From the IMG/VR virus record IMGVR_UViG_2851971941_000003: a stretch of 37,853 bases of DNA. The stretch is one strand, 5' to 3'. Shown one piece after another: positions 1-8,165 of this stretch. A model generated the notes under the pieces. That model did not search any database. It was not told where the DNA came from and saw only the letters and a program-made list of their open reading frames with translations. Both the position numbers and the translations under genes were made by a program. Position 1 is the first letter of the stretch. Every line of letters begins with the position of its first letter. The stretch is from a virus (taxonomy: Duplodnaviria > Heunggongvirae > Uroviricota > Caudoviricetes).

Positions 1-13
1 GATGAAAAGACTG

Positions 14-36
14 TAGGCTGAACTTTTGTCAGCCTA
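14..36 (+). terminator. Hairpin (8-bp stem taggctga / tcagccta, 7-nt loop) followed by a T-rich tract at the left window edge
   Basis: Perfect inverted repeat read directly from sequence; lies in AT-rich DNA left of the invertase remnant. Function not established. Confidence 0.3.
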
Positions 37-159
37 TTTATGTTCTTACTACTCTACATTACCTTCGTCATATCTGTATCCATGCAGCCATGTTAAAAAA
101 TCAACAGAAAAAACCATAAAATCTTCTTCGTATAATGTGTCAGGTATATTTTTTATTGA

Positions 160-276
160 ACTTTGTGCCACTGATTTTATCTTCAAAATCAACTCACATT
201 CTGCACAGTTCAACGAATTACGTTGCAGAGCGGTGTTCCGGTCATTTGTTGATACGCGTACATACCCAATAAGCAT
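160..276 (-). pseudogene. Serine invertase (Gin/Pin/Hin family) 5' remnant: about 38 N-terminal codons, frameshifted and truncated
   Basis: Minus-strand translation from 276 gives MLIGYVRVSTNDRNTALQRNSLNCAECELI, the invertase N-terminus with the catalytic-serine motif. Homology continues in another frame as FEDKISGTK, which implies loss of one T in a T-run near 184-188. Similarity stops near 160 and unrelated AT-rich DNA follows. Confidence 0.6.
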
Positions 277-330
277 GGTAGCTCCCCCTGGCAAAAGCAG
301 GAATGATGCCATTTGCTCGTTATTTCTGCA

Positions 331-356
331 TTTTCATAAACGTTGGTTTGGGAGAA
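331..356. repeat. 26-bp invertase crossover site (gix/hix/pix-like), left copy
   Basis: ttttcataaacgttggtttgggagaa. Its reverse complement matches the right copy at 2179-2204 at 21 of 26 positions and resembles remembered gix/hix consensus (TTnTCCnAAACC..GGTTT). It lies in-frame at the junction of an alternative fibre C-terminus. Confidence 0.6.
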
Positions 357-692
357 GCGGCAAAACGGAATGTGGGAACAGGGGAAAATCAGATACCAGA
401 TATGTCTGCATTTCCATCTGGCAAAAACTGGTTTCAGTTACCAAGTGGTCATATTGTCCAAATGTTTTCGATGAATGTTTATGGGGCGGACACTAACGGA
501 ACTACAGGTAATTTCCCTATTGCATTTCCTTCAGGCGCACTAGCTGTTAGTGCCTTATGGTCAGATGGCTCATTAACGGCTGCTCCGACCTTTAAACTTA
601 TGGGGTACACGACAACAAGGACATCAGTAACTTTAAAAGTATCAACCGGAAATGGTTTGTATGGAACTATGATTATCGCAATAGGAAGATAA
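357..692 (+). CDS. Promoterless alternative tail-fibre C-terminal (variable) domain, silent orientation of the invertible segment
   Basis: Open frame continuing from the crossover site (..INVGLGE|AAKRNVG..) with no fibre N-terminus of its own. It is followed immediately by a Tfa gene, the S'/U' arrangement of the Mu G segment. Confidence 0.5.
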   Translation, partial: AAKRNVGTGENQIPDMSAFPSGKNWFQLPSGHIVQMFSMNVYGADTNGTTGNFPIAFPSGALAVSALWSDGSLTAAPTFKLMGYTTTRTSVTLKVSTGNGLYGTMIIAIGR

Positions 693-693
693 T

Positions 694-1137
694 ATGAATC
701 AATATATTTATTCCCCTTCGGAAAATGCTTTTTATGCTGTTAATTTAAAAAACACTTATGAAGTAAATGGAACATGGCCTGCTGATGCATTAGATATTCC
801 TGATGACATTTCTGTAAAATATATGGCGGAACCGCCACAAGGGAAAATCCGAGTTGCAGGGGAAAATGGTTTTCCCACATGGGCTGAAATACCTCCACCA
901 TCACATGAGGAACTTATTGAACAGGCCGAATCAGAGAGGCAATTATTGATTAACCATGCCAACGAATACATGAACAGTAGGCAATGGCCTGGTAAAGCAG
1001 CTATTGGTCGCCTGAAGGGGGACGAGCTGGCGCAATATAATTTGTGGCTGGATTATCTGGACGCACTGGAACTGGTCGATACTTCCGGGGCGCCAGATAT
1101 TGAATGGCCTACGCCTCCGGCAGTTCAGGCCAGATGA
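694..1137 (+). CDS. Tail fibre assembly protein (Tfa), alternative-cassette copy
   Basis: 147 aa; the C-terminus DTSGAPDIEWPTPPA matches the conserved Tfa C-terminal motif (lambda Tfa DTSTAPDIEWP, from memory). Convergent with the second Tfa and overlapping it at the 3' end. Confidence 0.8.
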   Translation: MNQYIYSPSENAFYAVNLKNTYEVNGTWPADALDIPDDISVKYMAEPPQGKIRVAGENGFPTWAEIPPPSHEELIEQAESERQLLINHANEYMNSRQWPGKAAIGRLKGDELAQYNLWLDYLDALELVDTSGAPDIEWPTPPAVQAR

Positions 1138-1711
1138 CATCCGGCGCTGTGCTGGTATTTGTTGCCGTCACCGCGTCAATGTAATCCAGCACAGCGTTAA
1201 GCCGGGTTGTTTCTGCCTGCATCAACTTCCGTCCGGCCTGTAATTTCAGCTGAATCAGACTGATGGAAGCCATTGCAGCATCAATCAGTGACTGACGCTG
1301 TGCTTCTGCCGCGTCTACTGCGGCGCTATGCTGTGCCTCAGTATCGGTCACCCATTTCTCACCATCCCATTTATCGTATGGCGTTAATGGGGCGATAGTG
1401 GTTGTATTTTCGGGGTAATCACCCGGTGCTGTGATTTCTTTGGCATCTCCCGTTTCGGTGTTATAGACGATTTCACCGCGATGGTCTGGCACATATTCCC
1501 ATGAATTTAAATCTACAGAACGGCAAATTGTATAACCAGCCTTATATGTACCAGGAGCGTCTAAACAGGAATATGCTGGAATACCGACACCCACTGCAAG
1601 ATATTCAGTTGATGCAGAAATATATTCCCGAGTTTCACCATCGTAGTTATAGACGGTAATATTCCCCGCCTTCGTGGCAATAAACTCGCTATTTAATACT
1701 GCGTTATCCAT
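1109..1711 (-). CDS. Tail fibre assembly protein (Tfa), expressed-orientation copy
   Basis: 200 aa; C-terminus TSTAPDVIWPELPEA; sits immediately downstream of the tail fibre gene on the same strand. Confidence 0.8.
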   Translation of the reverse strand: MDNAVLNSEFIATKAGNITVYNYDGETREYISASTEYLAVGVGIPAYSCLDAPGTYKAGYTICRSVDLNSWEYVPDHRGEIVYNTETGDAKEITAPGDYPENTTTIAPLTPYDKWDGEKWVTDTEAQHSAAVDAAEAQRQSLIDAAMASISLIQLKLQAGRKLMQAETTRLNAVLDYIDAVTATNTSTAPDVIWPELPEA

Positions 1712-2481
1712 TATGCAGCCCTCACGATAAAGTTAAATGCAATATTTCGTGGACGGGTCTCACTCCCGCCAGTATTACCGATACTCCCTCGTGAATGAAG
1801 TGTCGGTGATGGGATCAGACTCCCTCCTGTATTTGTGGCATCAAGTCCCCGTCCTTGTGTGTATGTTTTTTTGAAAATCGTAGCCAGTTCCCATTCATCT
1901 TTTGTGTCGTAACCATCATTGGCAACAACAATATGGCGGTGTTTTTCCAGCATCCCAGCCTGAAGGCTCAATAAAGCACGTCCAGCATCAATACCACGCC
2001 CGTCATCCCAGCCACGAATAAACTCACCACGTAAATCTGGCAATTTATTTGTCGGGTAAGCCTTTGCCAGTTCCGGGTATTCTTCAGCAGAAAAAGCTGC
2101 TCCGTTGCATTTCAGCCAGCCTGTTGGCGGAGTGGCTGAAGGCCACGGAACAGGGACACCAACAGGTAATGCAGAGCCTTCTCCCAAACCAAGGTTTTCG
2201 AGAGCCGTTTTCACCGTGCCATCCGATTTGATATCGCCAAACGGATTTTTGCGACTTAACAGCAGCGCACGAAGCGCGGTAAGCAGCTGGTCGTGCCTCT
2301 CCTTCTCCAGGCTGGCACCGGATGCCTCCACCACGCTACAAAGCTCTTCCTGCAACATGTCAAAGTAGTCATCATCCAGATCGGTGGCAGGCGTGCCGGT
2401 CTGGGGGTTGCCACGGGTAAAACCGTTCTTACCCGCGCCGAACTTATCCTTCTGCGCGGTTTTCGTGTCTATGCGATGCAT
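1711..2481 (-). CDS. Tail fibre protein with phage tail-collar domain (constant N-terminus joined to variable C-terminus at the crossover site)
   Basis: 256 aa; tail-collar-like block [10 protein letters not shown]...[22 protein letters not shown] and C-terminal [13 protein letters not shown]. Crossover site copy 2179-2204 lies in-frame at codons 93-101 (ALENLGLGE). Confidence 0.8.
   Translation of the reverse strand: MHRIDTKTAQKDKFGAGKNGFTRGNPQTGTPATDLDDDYFDMLQEELCSVVEASGASLEKERHDQLLTALRALLLSRKNPFGDIKSDGTVKTALENLGLGEGSALPVGVPVPWPSATPPTGWLKCNGAAFSAEEYPELAKAYPTNKLPDLRGEFIRGWDDGRGIDAGRALLSLQAGMLEKHRHIVVANDGYDTKDEWELATIFKKTYTQGRGLDATNTGGSLIPSPTLHSRGSIGNTGGSETRPRNIAFNFIVRAA
2179..2204. repeat. 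26-bp invertase crossover site, right copy (inverted relative to 331-356)
   Basis: ttctcccaaaccaaggttttcgagag; position confirmed by codon arithmetic from the fibre ORF. Confidence 0.6.
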
Positions 2482-2484
2482 GGA

Positions 2485-3069
2485 TTACTCCGGATATTTA
2501 AAAATTACGTAGGTATGAGACGGACAGAGTTTGTTAAGCACACATTCGACAACGGTGTCGCCCCAGATACGCAGTGCGGAATCACAGGGATCGCCACATG
2601 TCATCCAGGTGGTGTTTGTGGCGGCTGGCATGTTGACCTGCCAGTAATACCGCCATTCCGGCGCATTCACCGCGTCAGTACAGGCCGATGAGCAGGTGAA
2701 CGTGCTTTTGTCGTATCGCGTGATGGTAGCGTCTGGTCTGCCCAGGGCAGCAAGCTGTGCAAGATAAAAATTCTCGTTGATGCCGCCCGCCAGGTTAACC
2801 TTCGCATCCAGCCGTTGCTGACGCTGGCGAAGGGTCTGTGTCCCTGCGGGAATACATTCATCCGGCAGACCGCACAGACGCTCCCAGCGGTTTATCAGTT
2901 CAGTGGTGGTGCGCGGATCCAGCTCCCGCATCAGGGCATCCGCACGCTGATGAACGCGGGTTAATGACGGTGCCGCACCGGCAATCGACGGATCGCTGGC
3001 TGACCACGCCGGACCGGGGGGCAACAGTGCCGACAACAGACGGATGTAATCATCGTTTGTCACGTCCAT
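2485..3069 (-). CDS. Baseplate/tail protein, Mu gp48 / YmfQ (DUF2313)-like
   Basis: 194 aa; position between the baseplate J-like gene and the fibre gene as in Mu-like tails; family assignment from memory. Confidence 0.6.
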   Translation of the reverse strand: MDVTNDDYIRLLSALLPPGPAWSASDPSIAGAAPSLTRVHQRADALMRELDPRTTTELINRWERLCGLPDECIPAGTQTLRQRQQRLDAKVNLAGGINENFYLAQLAALGRPDATITRYDKSTFTCSSACTDAVNAPEWRYYWQVNMPAATNTTWMTCGDPCDSALRIWGDTVVECVLNKLCPSHTYVIFKYPE

Positions 3070-4118
3070 GAAATCGTCCCCAGTACCGCCAGTTCATTTT
3101 TTGCAATGGAGATATTGTCTGCCGGTGCAAGCAACTGATGGCTGTATTCCCCGTTCGCACCGGAAATCGCCTCACTGATACGCGATACCTTCAGTTCTCC
3201 CTGCGGATAACCATCACGCAGCAGGAACGAACGCAACTCCGCGGTGATGGCAGCCCGTATTTCCGGTGTGTCCGGCGTCACGCGGATATGAAAATCCACC
3301 GTATGTGCCACCGGCCTGAACACATACAAATCAGAGCCTGCCACCGGGGCCAGTGGCCCGATATGTTGTCTTGCCGCCGTTTCCGTTGATTCTTCCGGAA
3401 TGGGATTAATCAGGTCACTGCTGGCAATCATCACACCGACAGTTCCCGTTCCCATCCAGTGACGGTATGTCCATGCGCGGGTAATGCCGGGCACTTCTTT
3501 AGCCCAGACGACATAGTCCCCGTCAGCCCCGCCCTGCGGCGTCCAGTAATACCGCTCAATGACGCGGGCGCGCCACGTTTCCAGCTCTTCAGTATCAAAT
3601 CCGCCTGTCAGGGTGTCAGCCACACCGGAAGACGGCAGACCATTCACCGGCGTGACCAGGATTAATGCCGTACCGTCGTCAGCGTTACCGACCGCGCCTG
3701 CACTTGAGCAGGCGATCGGCACGCGCAGGACACCACCGGAGCTGGTTGCATCGGCAGTTGCCGTGTACTGAACCAGGTCATCGCGCTGAATAACACTCCC
3801 GGCGGTCACCTTCAGGCCATCGCTGACACCTTCCCAGCGCATATACCCGCTGGCAGCCGTGGCCCCCTTGCGCGGACACCGTTTCATCGCAGCATGTCGC
3901 GCCAGCCAGGACTCATCGCACAGGTCAGGCAGCATGTTCATTGCCAGATAATCGATGTACCCGTAAACCGTATGCAGCGCCGCCGCATACACCTTTGCCC
4001 GCACGTCTTCATCCATGCGCCGGAGCGTGTCGCTGACGTCCAGCCTGGCGAATAAATCGTTACGGAGCATACTGATATTTTCTGCCAGCGTCGGGCGCTG
4101 AAATTCACTGTCCGCCAT
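3060..4118 (-). CDS. Baseplate J-like protein (Mu gp47 / P2 gpJ family)
   Basis: 352 aa; size and position in a Mu-order tail module. Confidence 0.7.
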   Translation of the reverse strand: MADSEFQRPTLAENISMLRNDLFARLDVSDTLRRMDEDVRAKVYAAALHTVYGYIDYLAMNMLPDLCDESWLARHAAMKRCPRKGATAASGYMRWEGVSDGLKVTAGSVIQRDDLVQYTATADATSSGGVLRVPIACSSAGAVGNADDGTALILVTPVNGLPSSGVADTLTGGFDTEELETWRARVIERYYWTPQGGADGDYVVWAKEVPGITRAWTYRHWMGTGTVGVMIASSDLINPIPEESTETAARQHIGPLAPVAGSDLYVFRPVAHTVDFHIRVTPDTPEIRAAITAELRSFLLRDGYPQGELKVSRISEAISGANGEYSHQLLAPADNISIAKNELAVLGTISWT

Positions 4119-4533
4119 GCGTTATCGCACTCCACAGATCATCAAAAGAAATCATTACCGGTCCGTCACGACGCCAGAGGGTGATACTGTTACCCAGTTC
4201 ATTAATCCCGGTGCGGCGGATATCCAGATCAATACGGGACACCACGCCGTCATCAATCATCCATTGCAGGCATTCGCGGATATACCCCCTTACCGTCAGC
4301 ACCAGCTGATTGGTCAGTTTGCTGCGCTGAAGCAGCCACAGTCGGGAGCCGTAACGGTCATTCTGTACCGCAGGCCAGGTATCCCCCCACCATCCCATCG
4401 GGACGTCGGCGTTGTCATCAGGCTCCGCCCGCCGCCAGGTAAACAGGGAAATCACCACGGCGCGGGTCAGCGGATCCAGCGGTGCGCTGGCGCAGGTGCG
4501 TTTACCGTTCACCGTCAGCCACAGTTCCATCAT
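4105..4533 (-). CDS. Baseplate protein, Mu gp46-like
   Basis: 142 aa; ends overlap both neighbours in a Mu-like baseplate operon. Confidence 0.55.
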   Translation of the reverse strand: MMELWLTVNGKRTCASAPLDPLTRAVVISLFTWRRAEPDDNADVPMGWWGDTWPAVQNDRYGSRLWLLQRSKLTNQLVLTVRGYIRECLQWMIDDGVVSRIDLDIRRTGINELGNSITLWRRDGPVMISFDDLWSAITHGGQ

Positions 4534-5078
4534 GCCTCCATCGCTTTATCAGGTTTGTCGGTGTTACTGCCCTGACCGTTCTCTCTGTGACGATGCCCGT
4601 TATAGGCAAGCCGCATCGCTGACATGGTGGTGCCGCTGGAGTCGCACAGGTCTTTCACCTGTCCTGTCACTTCCAGGTCCATTTCAAAACGTGCTTTAGG
4701 TGAATTGCGAAACGTGATCGTTTTACCTGCACCGTCCACCACGATCCCCTCCCGGGTCAGCGTCACGGACTGCCCCTGATCGTCATAGACAGCCACCTCA
4801 CCAGTCTGCAGCCCTTTCAGGCGGTAGCGCCGGTCCGACACCGTAACAACCACCGCATGAGAACGGTCACCATCCGGAAACAACACCACCGCTTCCGCAC
4901 CGCTGTTTGCTCTTGCGGTAAAACCGTAGGGTTCAAGATGTTCAACCCCGGCTTTGGGTTCACCGGCAATCAGGGACACATCCACGGTCTGACATTTCGT
5001 GGCGGCACTGATGCTTTTCACCACCGCCCGCCCAATCAGGCCGAGGAGTTGTCGCTGTATGGTTTCAATCGCCTTCAT
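4530..5078 (-). CDS. Baseplate assembly protein V / spike (Mu gp45-like)
   Basis: 182 aa; position and size. Confidence 0.6.
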   Translation of the reverse strand: MKAIETIQRQLLGLIGRAVVKSISAATKCQTVDVSLIAGEPKAGVEHLEPYGFTARANSGAEAVVLFPDGDRSHAVVVTVSDRRYRLKGLQTGEVAVYDDQGQSVTLTREGIVVDGAGKTITFRNSPKARFEMDLEVTGQVKDLCDSSGTTMSAMRLAYNGHRHRENGQGSNTDKPDKAMEA

Positions 5079-6157
5079 CAGAACGGGTCCTCCTGTACTC
5101 TGGCTTTTTTCTTTTTCCGCGCGCCGGGGGCTTCGGGTTCAGGCAGATAAGCATCAGGTGGGCCGACACGGATTTCCGTCAGGGTGCCATTCTGGTCCTG
5201 AGTAAACGTGACTTCCGAGACAAGCAGTTCGGTATTGTCGAAACCACAGACCGGATCGAAGACAATCACCCGCTGGTTGGGCTGCCACAGCGTACCGTTA
5301 CCCTGTCGCCAGCCCTGCACCACATAGGTGGTTTCATCCGTCCGCGCCGCCCGTTGTCGGGCTTCAAAGTCAGCACGCGCAATACAGCCTGCCCCCGTAG
5401 CCTGCCCTGTCTGCCTGATATACATCGGACGGTAACGGGCAATAAATGCATCCTCTGTGCGGGCCCGCAGCGCGGTGGTGGTGGCCTCACCGAAATCATC
5501 GTCGTTTCCGGCACGCTGCCCCGCCACCTGGTAAACTGAAAACCGCTCCCGGATACTCTTCTCCGTATCACAGGAAAGGATGTTTTCCCCAAGTACCAGC
5601 GCGGTATGTGCCTGCGTTGAGCCAATACCACCAATCACCAGCCTGCCGTGCGGGTCGTCATAAGCCAGCGCCTGCTGCTGACCGAGTATTTTGTTGATCA
5701 CCTCGATCACCGTTTCACCGTGATCAGGCTGGACATCCGGAATAACACCCGACGGCGCATCGCTGTTCACCACCTCAATGCCGAAAGGCGCAGCAAGCGC
5801 CTGCGCAATCTGTACCAGCGATCGTCCGTTAAACTGTGTCGGTTCGGCTGCACAGTCAATCAGGTCAGCAGTCAGACTACGTCCGGCAATACCGGTGCTG
5901 ACCGAACGGGCATCGTAACGAACGGGGGTCGCCTCCACCCAGCCGGTGATCACCAGCTCATCACCAATCAGCACTTCCACTTTTGAACCATTTTTAATGC
6001 GCGGCTGAAGCGTGGTGATACCCTCATCACCCGGCCACTGGCGGGTGATCTCCACGCTGAAATCCCGCGCCAGCCGTTCAATACCGGCACCGATGCGCAC
6101 CGATGTCCAGCCATTCCACTCCCGGCCATTTACCCGTAGCGTGACATTGTCGTTCAT
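5078..6157 (-). CDS. Baseplate hub-like tail protein (Mu gp44 / P2 gpD-like)
   Basis: 359 aa; position after the DNA-circulation-like gene. Confidence 0.55.
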   Translation of the reverse strand: MNDNVTLRVNGREWNGWTSVRIGAGIERLARDFSVEITRQWPGDEGITTLQPRIKNGSKVEVLIGDELVITGWVEATPVRYDARSVSTGIAGRSLTADLIDCAAEPTQFNGRSLVQIAQALAAPFGIEVVNSDAPSGVIPDVQPDHGETVIEVINKILGQQQALAYDDPHGRLVIGGIGSTQAHTALVLGENILSCDTEKSIRERFSVYQVAGQRAGNDDDFGEATTTALRARTEDAFIARYRPMYIRQTGQATGAGCIARADFEARQRAARTDETTYVVQGWRQGNGTLWQPNQRVIVFDPVCGFDNTELLVSEVTFTQDQNGTLTEIRVGPPDAYLPEPEAPGARKKKKARVQEDPF

Positions 6158-7482
6158 TGCACTGGCACCTTCAGAGGGATCACCGGCACAAAGCCGGGAT
6201 GCGTAATGGCATTACGCCGGATAATGTCCGCGTCACGCGCCGCGTTATCAAACCAGGTCGCCGCCAGCACCAGCGCGGGTAAAACCTCATCCGGTGTGCG
6301 CTGAATGATCCGTGCAGACTGTTCAAGGCGCGTGTTGATATCCGCATTCAGATCTGCTTTCACCCGGCGCAGCGCCAGAAACAGCGCATCGCTGGTTGTA
6401 CGGGACAACTCCTTATCAATTGCCGTATTCAGTGTGTCGCGAATGTCAGTCAGTTCTTCCCACGTCGGCAGGTCAACCGTGTTTTTCACCGCCGGTGCAT
6501 TGTTCAGTGCCGGATGCGTGACGGAAGGCCAGCCAGTGCTCTGCGCGGGTGTTGTTGCCTGCCCCACTGCGGAATTCTGCATCACCGCGGAAGTTGTTGG
6601 CGCAGGCAATCGGGTGACGGCATACGCCGCTTCGCTGATTGCGGTCGTACGAAGGGTGCTGGCAACCACGTTACGCTGCTGCGTCGCCGTGGCGGTGGTT
6701 TTACTGTCCGTTTTCCAGACGCCGCGCGGTTGCAGATCGCTGCCGAGGCTGACACCGGAAAGCGTTTTGATCATGGTGACCAGGTCGCTGGCGTTACCAT
6801 AAAGGCGTTTCCCGGTACGCCACATTTTCTGCACCTGCTCAACGAAATTTTTGCCTGACGATGGCGGCGGCAGAAGTACCGAGATATCCCCCTGCAACAG
6901 CCTGGCGGCATCCGATACGGCAGAATCCACCACTTTCATCGCATCAGAAACATACCCCAGCATTATGCTGGCATTACCGATAACGTCGTTCTGCACGAAA
7001 TCCGCCACACCATCGATACTGAAACCGCTGAAGCTGTCACTGATGCAGTCATCCAGTGCAGAACAGGATGACATCAGCGTCTGCGCCGTCGCCGCACCTG
7101 ATGTGGGGTAAGAGAGTTCTCCTGCTTCGACAAACTTCAGGTCAAAGCGGACAATACGCCCTTCACTTTTCGATGTGCTGACCCGAACTTCCCCGTCAAC
7201 ACAGACTTTCAGCTCACCGTATGTCGGATGGACAAGCGTGCCGGGACCGGGTTTATTCAGCGCGTCAATCAGGCGATCGCGCTGGTCAAAGCAGTCATCT
7301 CCCACCACATAAGCCGTGATGGACGGGCGGAAAGTGACTTTTCCCAGATCTTCGGTATAGGGTTTGTCGCGGTTCGGGTATTCGTGCGTTTCCACACGGC
7401 GACCTGTTCCCGCACTTTCTTCTTCGACCTTAAACGGCACGCCGCGAAATGACGCGTCCTGAAGCCTGTCTTTCCACGTCAT
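6154..7482 (-). CDS. DNA circulation protein-like tail protein (Mu gp43 family)
   Basis: 442 aa; N-terminal region typical of the Mu gp43 family as I remember it; follows the tape measure gene as in Mu. Confidence 0.6.
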   Translation of the reverse strand: MTWKDRLQDASFRGVPFKVEEESAGTGRRVETHEYPNRDKPYTEDLGKVTFRPSITAYVVGDDCFDQRDRLIDALNKPGPGTLVHPTYGELKVCVDGEVRVSTSKSEGRIVRFDLKFVEAGELSYPTSGAATAQTLMSSCSALDDCISDSFSGFSIDGVADFVQNDVIGNASIMLGYVSDAMKVVDSAVSDAARLLQGDISVLLPPPSSGKNFVEQVQKMWRTGKRLYGNASDLVTMIKTLSGVSLGSDLQPRGVWKTDSKTTATATQQRNVVASTLRTTAISEAAYAVTRLPAPTTSAVMQNSAVGQATTPAQSTGWPSVTHPALNNAPAVKNTVDLPTWEELTDIRDTLNTAIDKELSRTTSDALFLALRRVKADLNADINTRLEQSARIIQRTPDEVLPALVLAATWFDNAARDADIIRRNAITHPGFVPVIPLKVPVQ

Positions 7483-7490
7483 ATATACTC

Positions 7491-7526
7491 CGAAAATTAA
7501 AAAGCCACCTATTAGAAGGTGGCCTT
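7491..7526 (-). terminator. Rho-independent terminator of the tail-cluster moron
   Basis: Stem gccacct/aggtggc with 6-nt loop, followed on the minus strand by TTTTTAATTTT; immediately downstream of the moron stop at 7544. Confidence 0.5.
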
Positions 7527-7543
7527 GTAATGAATTTTATTAA

Positions 7544-8074
7544 TTAGCGAGTCAGAAACAACGAATCTTTATACTTTTGCTGTTGTTCATTTAAATACTT
7601 AGCTGTTTCATCGCTGGCAAATGGAAATATTACCGTATTTTTAGGCATGGTAATTTCTTTTTTGTCCAGCGTCAGAGTAAACATAGGAACATACTGAGCA
7701 GAGTAACGCACCGCAGAAACGAGCTCTAGTTTAGACTCTTCAACAACACTTAAATTATCCAGGCTAACTTTCTCTTCATCTTTTTTCTTTGACGCATTTA
7801 AAGTTTTTATTACTTTATTTAATTTCTCCTGAAAATCCTCCTTAAAGTTTTCAGGATTGCCGTCGACAACAAGAATCTGTTCACCCTGATTATCTGGAAA
7901 AATAATCTTTGCACTTATCAATTTATTTTCTTTATAAACATCACCAAGTTTTATGGCTCCTCCAGATAACTGAATAATATGTTCATCTTTAAAGGAGATG
8001 TTGCCAGAGATTATGAGAGATGAAAAAATAGCCGCTGCTCCAAGAATTACACTTGCTGTGATATAGCCTTTCAT
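7544..8074 (-). CDS. AT-rich moron: exported protein with N-terminal signal peptide, unknown function
   Basis: 176 aa; hydrophobic N-terminus MKGYITASVILGAAAIFSSLIISG with no lipobox cysteine; visibly AT-rich against GC-rich tail genes; own terminator. Confidence 0.65.
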   Translation of the reverse strand: MKGYITASVILGAAAIFSSLIISGNISFKDEHIIQLSGGAIKLGDVYKENKLISAKIIFPDNQGEQILVVDGNPENFKEDFQEKLNKVIKTLNASKKKDEEKVSLDNLSVVEESKLELVSAVRYSAQYVPMFTLTLDKKEITMPKNTVIFPFASDETAKYLNEQQQKYKDSLFLTR

Positions 8075-8165
8075 TTTTCGCCTATTAACATTTTTCTAAA
8101 TGTGCATTAATTCTATCACTCTATTTATGACTTACAACCAGCAATACCTGTGAGGGGAATCCTGG

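Noticed and set aside
49-312. 87-aa minus-strand ORF taken as an intact gene
   Set aside because: Only about 30 codons after the internal Met resemble an invertase; the rest is out-of-frame read-through into unrelated DNA. Annotated as a pseudogene instead.
26-496. 156-aa plus-strand ORF at the left edge
   Set aside because: It runs antisense across the invertase remnant and through the crossover site with no coherent protein features; an artefact of long open frames.
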